A DNA stretch of 64,000 bases, taken from positions 480,001-544,000 of the forward strand of contig JBDRZU010000001.1 in assembly GCA_039804105.1 (NCBI GenBank), in the 5' to 3' direction. A program made the translations under genes and the position numbers. The notes under the pieces are model-generated. The model was not told where the DNA came from, made no database searches, and saw only the letters and a program-made list of their open reading frames with translations. Every line of letters starts with the position of its first letter. Positions within the stretch are counted from its first letter, which is position 1. Source of the stretch: a candidate division WOR-3 bacterium. Lineage in GTDB: Bacteria; Hydrothermota; 32-111. Shown one piece after another: positions 38,552-47,560 of the stretch.

Positions 38552-39326
38552 AAAAATCCTTTTCGACTATATCTATAGCATCTATAACCCTTGGTCCTGG
38601 TCTTGAAAAAATATCGATTTTTTCATCATCAAGAAAAACAAATTTCATCTTTTTAAAGTTTTTCAACAATGAATATTTTTCCTTTGCATCTTGAAATGTA
38701 TGCATAAATACAACAATGTCTGGTTTAAAAGAGAGAATGTTTTCATATGAAAAATTTATGTAAGGTTTTTCGCTTTCTATAATTTTATAACCATAAAGTT
38801 TCAAAAGAGAGCCGATATAACTTGAAGAAGTTGCAACAATGAATGGTTTTTCACTAACTTCGACTATAACTTTTTTCGAATGACCAACCTTTTTAATATT
38901 TAAAATTTTATTTTTTATTTCATTTACCTTCACAGTATCATAATCTTTTCCAACGATTTCTGTAATATTTTTTATACCTTCTATGATATCGTCAACTTTT
39001 TCCATTTTAATATTGTAATATTTTATTTTCTTTTCTTTCAAAAAGATTTCGGTTTTATCTGTTAGATTACCTGAAAAAAAAATTATGTCTGGCTTTAAAG
39101 ACAACAACTTTTCAAAATCGACTTCTATAAAAGAACCTGCAATTTCGATTTTTTTTGCTTCCTCAGGATAATTACAGAAAGATGTTCGACCAACAAGGTA
39201 TCTATCGTATGATAGAAAAAAAAGTGTCTCTGTAATATTTGGAGCAAAGGAAACGATCCTCTGACCATTTAAAAGAGAAAAAAATAAAAGAAGAATGAGA
39301 AAATTAAAACTTTTCAATCTCCCCAT
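38541..39326 (-). CDS. Periplasmic helical-backbone binding protein (BtuF-like); start revised to 39326
   Basis: Signal peptide then RIVS.APNITE.LF, LVGRT.FC.YP, D.EK.L.LKPD, RPGPR..DAI; cobalamin specificity is inference. Confidence 0.85.
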   Translation of the reverse strand: MGRLKSFNFLILLLFFSLLNGQRIVSFAPNITETLFFLSYDRYLVGRTSFCNYPEEAKKIEIAGSFIEVDFEKLLSLKPDIIFFSGNLTDKTEIFLKEKKIKYYNIKMEKVDDIIEGIKNITEIVGKDYDTVKVNEIKNKILNIKKVGHSKKVIVEVSEKPFIVATSSSYIGSLLKLYGYKIIESEKPYINFSYENILSFKPDIVVFMHTFQDAKEKYSLLKNFKKMKFVFLDDEKIDIFSRPGPRVIDAIDIVEKDFCER

Positions 39327-40629
39327 AAAATTCCCTTTTAAAATAACCCCTCGACGAATATAAAGGTTCAAGGATAACTTTAAATTTATATTTCCCGTTC
39401 TCAACTATTCTGTTGCCCTTGTCATCTTTAAGATCCCACACGATATAGTTCAATCCAATATTTCTTCTAAGATCAGAAGTTAACTCTCTTATAATCTTTC
39501 CACCTTTTGTAATTTCTATCGTAACCCTACATTGTTCGGTCGTAAAAAGTGAAATCGTCAAACCTTCTGTTGTATCAGTCAAAACCTGAGGAGTAAACTC
39601 TTTAATATATCCATCAACACCTATCCAGTAATATTGAAATCCGGTTCTTTCAGATATGAACACCTGTCCGTATTTCCTGTATATTGAGATACCTTCCGGT
39701 TTATAAAATTGATTTTTACCGTTTCCCTCTCTTCCAAAACTTGTTATATATTTTAAATCACTATCAAACTTATGTATACAACTATTTATTGTATCAGTTA
39801 CATAAATGTTTCCATTCTGATCGTAATCTATGAAATTGAAATCAACATCTTTGTATTTTGTTATATCAAAAGAGAAGAATTCTTTGACTATGTTTCCATA
39901 AAAATCGAGTTTCAGCAATCTTCTCCTATCAGAAGAAACAATGAGAAAAATTTTTTCTTTTAAATTCAGATAACCTTTTTTAGGATCAACGACACAGATC
40001 GAATGGGGATTTTGAACATTGTCAATGATCATAAATGGATTAAAATTTTTATCGATAACAACAATTCTGTTGTTTCTACTATCACATATAAAAAGATTAT
40101 CGTTCCCATCATAATCTATACCTTCGGGAATATTCAGAGAAAAAGAATCCATACCGAACGATCCAAAAGATCTTTCAAACAATAGAGAATCTTCATCGTA
40201 AATAAATTTTAATACTCTAAAATTGTAAGTATCAGAAATGTAGACCTCACCATCAGTTGTAGCGGCTATATCCGTAGGATAGTACAAAGATTCGGGGGAT
40301 TCACCTTTTCCTTTTTGACCATAAGTTTTTATTTTACTTAAACCAACATTGTAAACTATCTGGTGATTGTTTAAACCAAACAAAGTTAATATAGCATCAT
40401 CTTTGTCAGTTGTTCTATCATCGAGTTGTTTCAATTTCAAAGCACAGATACCCCCAACCCTTTCAAACTTAACATTCTTCTTTAACACCATTTTTGCGAT
40501 CGTTGAATTCGCTTTATAATAACCCATCGAATGTTGAAAAGGTGGTATTATAAGCGTTGTTTCCTGCGAGAAAACAATCAAGCAAACATCAAACACTATC
40601 GATAATAGTGTTAACCTCTTCAAAAACAT
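39304..40629 (-). CDS. Secreted NHL-repeat protein with C-terminal FlgD-type Ig domain
   Basis: P.DIA...DG.VYISDT.N.RV and related repeats; C-terminal IIRELT......G.N.IVWD.KDD.G......G.Y. Confidence 0.8.
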   Translation of the reverse strand: MFLKRLTLLSIVFDVCLIVFSQETTLIIPPFQHSMGYYKANSTIAKMVLKKNVKFERVGGICALKLKQLDDRTTDKDDAILTLFGLNNHQIVYNVGLSKIKTYGQKGKGESPESLYYPTDIAATTDGEVYISDTYNFRVLKFIYDEDSLLFERSFGSFGMDSFSLNIPEGIDYDGNDNLFICDSRNNRIVVIDKNFNPFMIIDNVQNPHSICVVDPKKGYLNLKEKIFLIVSSDRRRLLKLDFYGNIVKEFFSFDITKYKDVDFNFIDYDQNGNIYVTDTINSCIHKFDSDLKYITSFGREGNGKNQFYKPEGISIYRKYGQVFISERTGFQYYWIGVDGYIKEFTPQVLTDTTEGLTISLFTTEQCRVTIEITKGGKIIRELTSDLRRNIGLNYIVWDLKDDKGNRIVENGKYKFKVILEPLYSSRGYFKREFYGEIEKF

Positions 40630-41737
40630 TTTCCCATCCTTCTTTTGAAACTTGTTCCATTCTTTTCTTTTTTATACTATCGTCCTCTCTAAGCGCTCTG
40701 TTCAAATTATTATAAAACTCTTCATAAGTTTTTGAAATATAAATAAGATCCTTGAATTCATCAAACTCAGGGATGTATGTTGTTACCACAGGTTTACCTG
40801 TTGTGAGATACTCCCTCAATTTTATTGGAGAAGCATGTCTGTTCATCTGGTCTTCACTATCCCAAGGGATTATAAAACCAAAAGAAAATGTTGCATAAGA
40901 AGGCAATTTAAGATAGGTCTTTTCACCGACAAAAAATATTTTTTTGCTATCTTTAAAATCCTCATACTTAAAATCAAAGATTTTTCCGATAAATAGAAAA
41001 CAAAAATCGTTCGTTTTTTCTTCTAAAAATTTTAAAAGTTTATAGTCAACCTTTTTATAATCTATCGATCCCCAATATGTAAAAACTGGTTTGTCAGTTT
41101 TTGGAAAATCTTCTGGTTTTTCTTTTACAATTTTACTGAAATGTTTGATATCAACACCATGTTTCAACCTGTAAACTTTTTCTCCAAAATCTTTTCTTTT
41201 CTCTTCATATATCATTTTCCCTGGTGTTAAGATGATCAAAGATTTTTCGCATAACCTTTTATCAAAATTTTCAACAGATTTCCCAGCGTATTTATACTCC
41301 TGAACTTTATCGACAATCTGATACACAATTTTTTTTGATTTTATACCTCTTGCGAAAATATACCCATTTGGATTTGTGATCCAATATATCGGATCTTTAA
41401 ACTTAAAAATTTTTTCAACGAGTTTTATCTGAAAAAGTAAAAGAAAAGTGTTTAGATTCAAAATTATAGGGTTATCTTTAAAAGGTATAAAAAAAGGTGT
41501 GAAAATATAAAGGTTTTTGTTCTCCCTTTTTAAAAACCTTATTATACTAAAAAATTTATTTTTGACTTTTCTAAAAAAACCTTTTTTCCCCGCACTAAAA
41601 CCTATACCAACAGGCAAAGAATTCACATATAAAACTTTTTTCTCTTTCGAAAACTCTTTCATGAGGTGGTTATATGAATGCGGATGGTGATACCACCAAT
41701 CACCACCAGCAAAACAAACTATTGAAGAGAATTTCAT
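40589..41737 (-). CDS. Glycosyltransferase (GT-B, GT4-like)
   Basis: VYQIVD, HGVD..HF, Y..LP.Y......IIP......ASP.KL.EYL..GKPVV. Confidence 0.85.
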   Translation of the reverse strand: MKFSSIVCFAGGDWWYHHPHSYNHLMKEFSKEKKVLYVNSLPVGIGFSAGKKGFFRKVKNKFFSIIRFLKRENKNLYIFTPFFIPFKDNPIILNLNTFLLLFQIKLVEKIFKFKDPIYWITNPNGYIFARGIKSKKIVYQIVDKVQEYKYAGKSVENFDKRLCEKSLIILTPGKMIYEEKRKDFGEKVYRLKHGVDIKHFSKIVKEKPEDFPKTDKPVFTYWGSIDYKKVDYKLLKFLEEKTNDFCFLFIGKIFDFKYEDFKDSKKIFFVGEKTYLKLPSYATFSFGFIIPWDSEDQMNRHASPIKLREYLTTGKPVVTTYIPEFDEFKDLIYISKTYEEFYNNLNRALREDDSIKKKRMEQVSKEGWENVFEEVNTIIDSV

Positions 41738-43554
41738 TATTTTTTCTGTTTGACTATGTAGTTGCCTATAACAAGAACATCAACACAGTTGTTTAGAAGT
41801 GATCTGACAGCATCAACAGGAGAACAGAGGATAGGTTCCTCATGCATGTTGAAACTCGTATTCACAAAAAGTGGAAGTCCTGTGAGTTCTTTATATCTTT
41901 TTAAAAGTTTGTAGTATAATGGATTTTGCTCTTCTTTTACAGTCTGAGGTCTTGCTGTGTTATCGACATGGTTAACCGCTTCAATCTGTTTTCTCCACTC
42001 TTCCTTCACATTGAAAGTTATCGTCATAAAGTAGGATGGATAACTTCCCTTTTCAAAATTTTCAAAAACATTTTTGGCATCCTCATAGATACATGATGGT
42101 GCAAATGGCATAAATTCTGTTCTTCTTAATCTTTTGTTTAACCAATCATTTATTTTTTTGTCAGTTGGGTCAAAAAGTATCGAGCGATTCCCAAGTGCTC
42201 TTGGGCCATATTCCATTCTTCCCTGAAACCATCCAACAACAACTTTATCTTTGATCATAAGTGCTGTTTCTTCGATTATGTTTTCACTCTTTCGAAATTC
42301 TATTTTATCAGAGAAATCTTTTAAAACTTTTAAAATCTCATCATCATTATATTCTGGGCCATAGTAAACATTGTCGATTGTAAAAGGCAAAAATCTTTCA
42401 CCTCTCTTTTCAAGTTCTTCAGTCCATTTGACATAACATGCACCTGTTGATGTACCTCCATCACCCATATTCGGATGGATAAAAACAGATTCTACACCTT
42501 CGATTTCAAGAACCCTCTGGTTGACCTTCACATTTGAGAATAGTCCACCAGCAAGAACTATATCTTTGATTCCTGTATTTTTTATATGTGGTTCAATAAA
42601 TTTTACAACAAGATCCTCTGTTAACTTCTGTGCTGCTGCCGCTATATCCTCTTTTGATTCTTTTGAACAGTGTTTCTTCAAAAAATCAAGATAAAGGTTT
42701 GTATAGTTATGTCCATAATATTTGCCTTTCAAAAAGTCCTTCAACTGCTTCATCCTTAAAGAATCACCTTTTAAATTACCAGCAAGGGGAGAATAAAATC
42801 TTTTTCTATCATCTGTGATATCTATCATCTGTCTGAAAAGATCATAAAGTTTATCTGGATTCCCATAGGCAGCAAGTCCTGTTATTTTTCCTTCATGTCT
42901 ATTTCTTTTAAAACCAAGAAATTTTGTTATTGCAGAGTAAAACCTTCCAACCGAATATATATCCTCTACTTCAAGAATCCTTTTTATCTTTCCATCTTCA
43001 CCGATTGAAATCGTTGCTGAGAGTCCGTCACCTGCTCCATCCATGGTAACGATAAGCGCCTTATTTTTCCCACCTTCATAATAACATGAAGCAGCATGGC
43101 AGAGATGATGTTCAACCGTTTCAAGTGTGAATTCAGTAAGACCACACTTCTTCAAAGCATCCGTTATAGATTTTTTAGCATATTCCGATGCAAGTTTCCA
43201 GTACTTTTTTTCTCCAATAATTTTTCTGTACAGTATCTCTTTTATAGTATCAAACTTTTTTCTGTTATCGATTTCGTTTGATGGATCTATGGTTCCACTT
43301 CTTTTCACTATCAGATCAGTATAATGGAATGGGCTTCGTAAAAGATCGTTATCAAATGAAAGAACAACCTTTGAGATATCTTTTCCATCTACTTTCGCAA
43401 CTTTCATACATTCTTTTATTGCTCCATATGGAAAACCAAAATGGAACTTTACCCTTGAAACCCTTTCTTCAGCGATGGCTGTAACAATTCTTCCATCCTT
43501 TAAAAGTGATGCAGTTGCATCGTGCCCTATATTAAGACCAAGAATATACATCAA
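41737..43554 (-). CDS. Carbamoyltransferase, NodU/CmcH family
   Basis: ILG.N.GHD, AEER.SR.K, HHLCHAAS, DG.GD, EGKITGLAAYG, GRME.GPRALGNRSIL, NTSFN.H.EP. Confidence 0.95.
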   Translation of the reverse strand: MMYILGLNIGHDATASLLKDGRIVTAIAEERVSRVKFHFGFPYGAIKECMKVAKVDGKDISKVVLSFDNDLLRSPFHYTDLIVKRSGTIDPSNEIDNRKKFDTIKEILYRKIIGEKKYWKLASEYAKKSITDALKKCGLTEFTLETVEHHLCHAASCYYEGGKNKALIVTMDGAGDGLSATISIGEDGKIKRILEVEDIYSVGRFYSAITKFLGFKRNRHEGKITGLAAYGNPDKLYDLFRQMIDITDDRKRFYSPLAGNLKGDSLRMKQLKDFLKGKYYGHNYTNLYLDFLKKHCSKESKEDIAAAAQKLTEDLVVKFIEPHIKNTGIKDIVLAGGLFSNVKVNQRVLEIEGVESVFIHPNMGDGGTSTGACYVKWTEELEKRGERFLPFTIDNVYYGPEYNDDEILKVLKDFSDKIEFRKSENIIEETALMIKDKVVVGWFQGRMEYGPRALGNRSILFDPTDKKINDWLNKRLRRTEFMPFAPSCIYEDAKNVFENFEKGSYPSYFMTITFNVKEEWRKQIEAVNHVDNTARPQTVKEEQNPLYYKLLKRYKELTGLPLFVNTSFNMHEEPILCSPVDAVRSLLNNCVDVLVIGNYIVKQKK

Positions 43555-43576
43555 ACCTCCTGAATTTTAACATTTT

Positions 43577-43604
43577 ATTTTATCAAAAAAAGAAGTTTTA
43601 TCAA
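43577..43604 (-). promoter_or_regulatory. Promoter of carbamoyltransferase operon
   Basis: TTGATA-N16-TAAAAT upstream of AGGAGG. Confidence 0.55.
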
Positions 43605-43765
43605 TATTAAAAATAAAAGGCAACAATTTTTTAAGGTTTTTTTATTTGAAAAATTTCATCCTCTATTCTTTATAATCTCCTTTTCATCCATATCTGCAAC
43701 ATGATGACTGAAATGTGTATCTATATGTTCATTTCTGAAACCTGCTTCACCTTCAATGTTTAAAT

Positions 43766-45310
43766 TTATTTTATTATTCTTATTTTCTTAGTAATGGTTT
43801 TGTTAATTTCATAATTACATCTTACAATATAAACACCAGCAGGAATATTAAGTTTTAATTTTATTTGATGTTTTCTATTTAAAATACCATTATAGAGATT
43901 CATAATTTTTCTACCCTGAATATCATAAAGATCTATATTAAAATTCATCGATTTGTCTGAACTTAGAGAGATATTTATAAAATCAGTAAAAATATCATTT
44001 TTTACATCAAAGTAAATTTCGTTACTTGATCCTTTATCAAGTTCATCTATTGATGCTAAACTACCGCTTTTCCAAAAATTATAAATTTTCCAGCTGTTTT
44101 GAATTATTTCATCAGGTGTTTTATTCATTACAAATGCTACGACATAATTAATTGATTGATTATACTCTATATCAAAAGGCCCGGTCGATATTATAAATCG
44201 CTTATCACCTTTTTCTTCTTCTTTTTCAGTATGTCCAGGATAACCTATGACTCCAACACCCCAATCGGGAAAAGGGCTATATGATGAACCAGGATCTTCA
44301 GGATTAAACGATATAAAATCATATCCTGCTAAAGAAAGATATTTTTTAATCTTATTTGAAGGATCTGTCTCGATTGTTAATTTTCTAAATGATGTTAAAC
44401 CTAATTCTTCTCCTTCTTTTATAATATATACTCCATTCCCATATAAATCCATATCTTTCTTTGCGGGAGGTGTTTCAAGAACTACAAAAGATGGTATCCC
44501 CGGTAAACTATGCCATCCAGGTTCACTATCAAGTTGAAATTGATATACTGTATTCATTCTTATCATAGTATCCTTATCAGAAATGAATTTAACAGTCATC
44601 GTATCAATGAAACCCAATAAGTCATTACTTTTATTAATTGATTCATCACCGATATCAAGATCAAAAGAGAGTGCAGCATAACAATCTTTTATTTTCTTTT
44701 TATCTTCCCTTGTATTTTGTATTTTAAATTTGAATATAATAATATCTTTCAGAGGTTCTGATGTCCATGCATAAGAAAATTGAAAAACTTCAATTCCAAT
44801 TGGATGATTTTCAAAACTAAAATGATATGAACTATCCTTATCAGAGTACCATGAATAAGAATCCTGATCAGAAAAAATGGAATCTTTACCTGTGATATTT
44901 TTAATAGGCCAGCCATAACCATTATTATCACTGGTTGAAATATAAACTATCAGTTTTGGGTCTGTATAATAGGCAGTATCAGAAAAATTACCGGGTATAA
45001 ATTCGGATACACCTGCACTTGGATAATATCCACTCGTAACCAGAGTATCTCTTAATGTATCTTTTCCACTGACCAATGTATCTACGAGCGAACCGAACCA
45101 TAAGCCACTTCCGAAAAAATATGTTTCATCAGGATAACCTGCAGGCCAATAAGCACCTCCATTGCCACTAAAAAAATCCATACCTATCACTCCAAAATTC
45201 GTTATACAAATATGATAATTATTTATATCAAGCCATTTTGAATCCCAATCAGAAAATAGAAAGATTGAAACAAACAAAGAAATAATTATGACTGACACTG
45301 ATTTTTTCAT
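43766..45310 (-). CDS. Secreted protein with C-terminal Por/T9SS-like sorting tail
   Basis: Signal peptide; INN....TN.G, G..WP, F..GLW.G, Q.SYAW, D.DIG, GDKR...S.GPF; tail LYDIQGRKI...PAGVYIV...KKI.IIK. Confidence 0.75.
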   Translation of the reverse strand: MKKSVSVIIISLFVSIFLFSDWDSKWLDINNYHICITNFGVIGMDFFSGNGGAYWPAGYPDETYFFGSGLWFGSLVDTLVSGKDTLRDTLVTSGYYPSAGVSEFIPGNFSDTAYYTDPKLIVYISTSDNNGYGWPIKNITGKDSIFSDQDSYSWYSDKDSSYHFSFENHPIGIEVFQFSYAWTSEPLKDIIIFKFKIQNTREDKKKIKDCYAALSFDLDIGDESINKSNDLLGFIDTMTVKFISDKDTMIRMNTVYQFQLDSEPGWHSLPGIPSFVVLETPPAKKDMDLYGNGVYIIKEGEELGLTSFRKLTIETDPSNKIKKYLSLAGYDFISFNPEDPGSSYSPFPDWGVGVIGYPGHTEKEEEKGDKRFIISTGPFDIEYNQSINYVVAFVMNKTPDEIIQNSWKIYNFWKSGSLASIDELDKGSSNEIYFDVKNDIFTDFINISLSSDKSMNFNIDLYDIQGRKIMNLYNGILNRKHQIKLKLNIPAGVYIVRCNYEINKTITKKIRIIK

Positions 45311-45373
45311 AAGACCCTCCTTTTTTAAATCCCGATTATTATAACTTCTAACTGATAGTTTTTACACACTCAC

Positions 45374-45407
45374 ACAAAAAATGTCAAAAAGTCAAACACC
45401 GTTTCCA
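45374..45407. repeat. Cassette-end motif, copy 2 (left arm of inverted repeat around cassette 2)
   Basis: ACAAAAAATGTCAAAAAGTCAAACACCGTTTCCA, 4 nt from the stop of gene B. Confidence 0.8.
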
Positions 45408-45411
45408 AATT

Positions 45412-47550
45412 TTATCTTATCTTTATCATTTTTTCTGTTAGTGTTTGATTTTCTGTTTTCAATTTTATAAAGTATACACCATTACTTAACTTTCTTAAAT
45501 CTGTCTTATATTCCCCTGAAATATCTGTCTCTTCTCTTATTATCTTTCTCCCTGTTAAATCATATACAACCAATTCCCCTCTAGTATTCGTATTCCATAT
45601 TATATCTTGTCCTTCAATCTTTATCTTTTCCTCTTTGTCTATATCTGATATCTTATCTCTCTCTCTAAAACCATTAGGTCCAAAACTACCTGTAATAATA
45701 ATTTGTTTCTTCCACTTTTCCTGACACCACGTTCCTGTAATTGTCTGACTGTCTGTATATACCGTATCACCTACTTTAATCGTTGGTATTTTTCCATTTG
45801 TGTCAAAATATACATAAAACCTGTCTCCATCAGGATAGCTCAACCACTTCGTCAATTCTATTCCCCATCCATTTACTTCCCATTCATCTCCTCCACTCAA
45901 TCTCAATATGCTGTCTATGTTGCTTTTGTTTATATCGGGTTTGTTTGTCCACCAATTAAAGTAAAAAACAATTATATCATCATTATCTATCCCGCTTATT
46001 GGATTCACTCCATCATATGCTTTTATTGAGTCCACTATTAGTTCCAATTTATTGCCCGCTTTTAAATATTCTTTATATGAAGTTTTATCTACATACACAT
46101 TCATACTATCAAAATATCTACCCATACTGTCTCCTTTGAACCACACCTTTACACTTGTGCTATCATTACCTTTTATCGTCAGAGGCCATATTATAGTATC
46201 TACTCCAAAATAAGCACTATTTATTGTTATTGAATCTATACTTATTTCCGCATCGCTTTCATTTCTTATAACTAAAACTTTGTAAATAGTATCTCCATCA
46301 TCACTGTTCCCTATCAATAATGTGTCTCCTTCCATACTCCATCTCTTCATCTCAAATATCCTTGTACATTGTCCTGTCTGGCCTACTCCACTAAATATTA
46401 ACTCATCTATACCATTCTTATTGAAGTCATTACACCTAAGATGACTCTGAATAGTATATGTTGTAGGATCGGTCCACTCCCACATCATTTCAAACTGGTT
46501 ATCTCCAATTGATTCCCACACTTCTATGTGTCTACCACCACATATCACAAATTCATTTAAACCATCTCCATCTGTATCTCCATAATCAATATCTCCACTC
46601 GAAGTATATATATAGTCAGTGGCCACCTCAAAATCCCTTCGCCAGATAAGATCATATACTCCCGTTCCGTTCTTGTCTTCATAAATGAAATAACCATACG
46701 ATACATATCCCGACCAAGTAAGATAATTAATTTGATATTTCATTATTTCGTTGGTTCCATCCCTATCTATATCTGGAAGAATCAGCAGGGCCTCTGCTGG
46801 CCCTGCCCCTTCACTTAATGTTTCCAAGTATCTTATAAAAGTATCATCATCTATTGTCGTTGATTCATATCTGTAAATATAGTTTGATAATCCTATTATT
46901 ACATCTGTTAATCCATCTTCATCTATATCTCCTATATCGATTGCATATCCTGACCGAGTACTCTCTGCAAATGTATTTAGTAACTCATATCGATTATCTC
47001 CTGTACAGGTATAATAATACCATCCATACGCTCTTGATTGTGTTGTTAACCATGGTATCCCTATTCCAAATATCCTATTTACTCCATCATGCTTAAGTTT
47101 GTTGGTTATACCAATGTAATAACATGAGTTATGTATTGTATCAGATGTCCAGACCAATGAATCAAAAAATGATGTTGGGGAACTTTGTTCATATACCCAT
47201 AACCTTTTACTATCAGTTTTCCACAGAACAACATCTTTTAATCCATCTCCATCTAAATCTCCTATTCCTTGTATTCCTATATATAGATAATTTGTATCCA
47301 ATGGTATCGAATCTATTAAATCAAAACCATTCTTACCATTATATTCATAGAATAAAATCGCTATTGAATTATCTATTACAATCTCTTCATTCCCATCATT
47401 ATCATAATCTATGCCCTTCTGAGAGATAAAATTGAAATGACCGTGTATTCCTCTATCAAGATATGCATATTGGTGAAATACTAATGAACTAATCTTATCG
47501 GTTATTATCAGCTCCATTAGCAATATTATTATAAAAAAAATCTTTTTCAT
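45412..47550 (-). CDS. Secreted FG-GAP/VCBS-like repeat protein with Ig-like domain and sorting tail (cassette 2, gene B)
   Basis: DYDNDGNEEI, GDLDGDGLKD, GDIDEDGLTD, GDTDGDGLNEF repeats; shares DSIKA.DG.....G.D.DD, TN.P.I..SNID.IL.L and VGDTVY.DS.TI with 16200..18299; tail VYDLTGRKI...LSNGVYFIKL. Confidence 0.82.
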   Translation of the reverse strand: MKKIFFIIILLMELIITDKISSLVFHQYAYLDRGIHGHFNFISQKGIDYDNDGNEEIVIDNSIAILFYEYNGKNGFDLIDSIPLDTNYLYIGIQGIGDLDGDGLKDVVLWKTDSKRLWVYEQSSPTSFFDSLVWTSDTIHNSCYYIGITNKLKHDGVNRIFGIGIPWLTTQSRAYGWYYYTCTGDNRYELLNTFAESTRSGYAIDIGDIDEDGLTDVIIGLSNYIYRYESTTIDDDTFIRYLETLSEGAGPAEALLILPDIDRDGTNEIMKYQINYLTWSGYVSYGYFIYEDKNGTGVYDLIWRRDFEVATDYIYTSSGDIDYGDTDGDGLNEFVICGGRHIEVWESIGDNQFEMMWEWTDPTTYTIQSHLRCNDFNKNGIDELIFSGVGQTGQCTRIFEMKRWSMEGDTLLIGNSDDGDTIYKVLVIRNESDAEISIDSITINSAYFGVDTIIWPLTIKGNDSTSVKVWFKGDSMGRYFDSMNVYVDKTSYKEYLKAGNKLELIVDSIKAYDGVNPISGIDNDDIIVFYFNWWTNKPDINKSNIDSILRLSGGDEWEVNGWGIELTKWLSYPDGDRFYVYFDTNGKIPTIKVGDTVYTDSQTITGTWCQEKWKKQIIITGSFGPNGFRERDKISDIDKEEKIKIEGQDIIWNTNTRGELVVYDLTGRKIIREETDISGEYKTDLRKLSNGVYFIKLKTENQTLTEKMIKIR

Positions 47551-47560
47551 AATTGTTACC

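Noticed and set aside
39327..39700. Cobalamin riboswitch upstream of the BtuF-like gene
   Set aside because: The region is coding sequence of the NHL gene; no intergenic space.
47533..47540. A8/T8 and similar A/T runs in signal-peptide regions as phase-variation tracts
   Set aside because: A/T runs of 7-10 are abundant in this AT-rich DNA and these genes are in frame.
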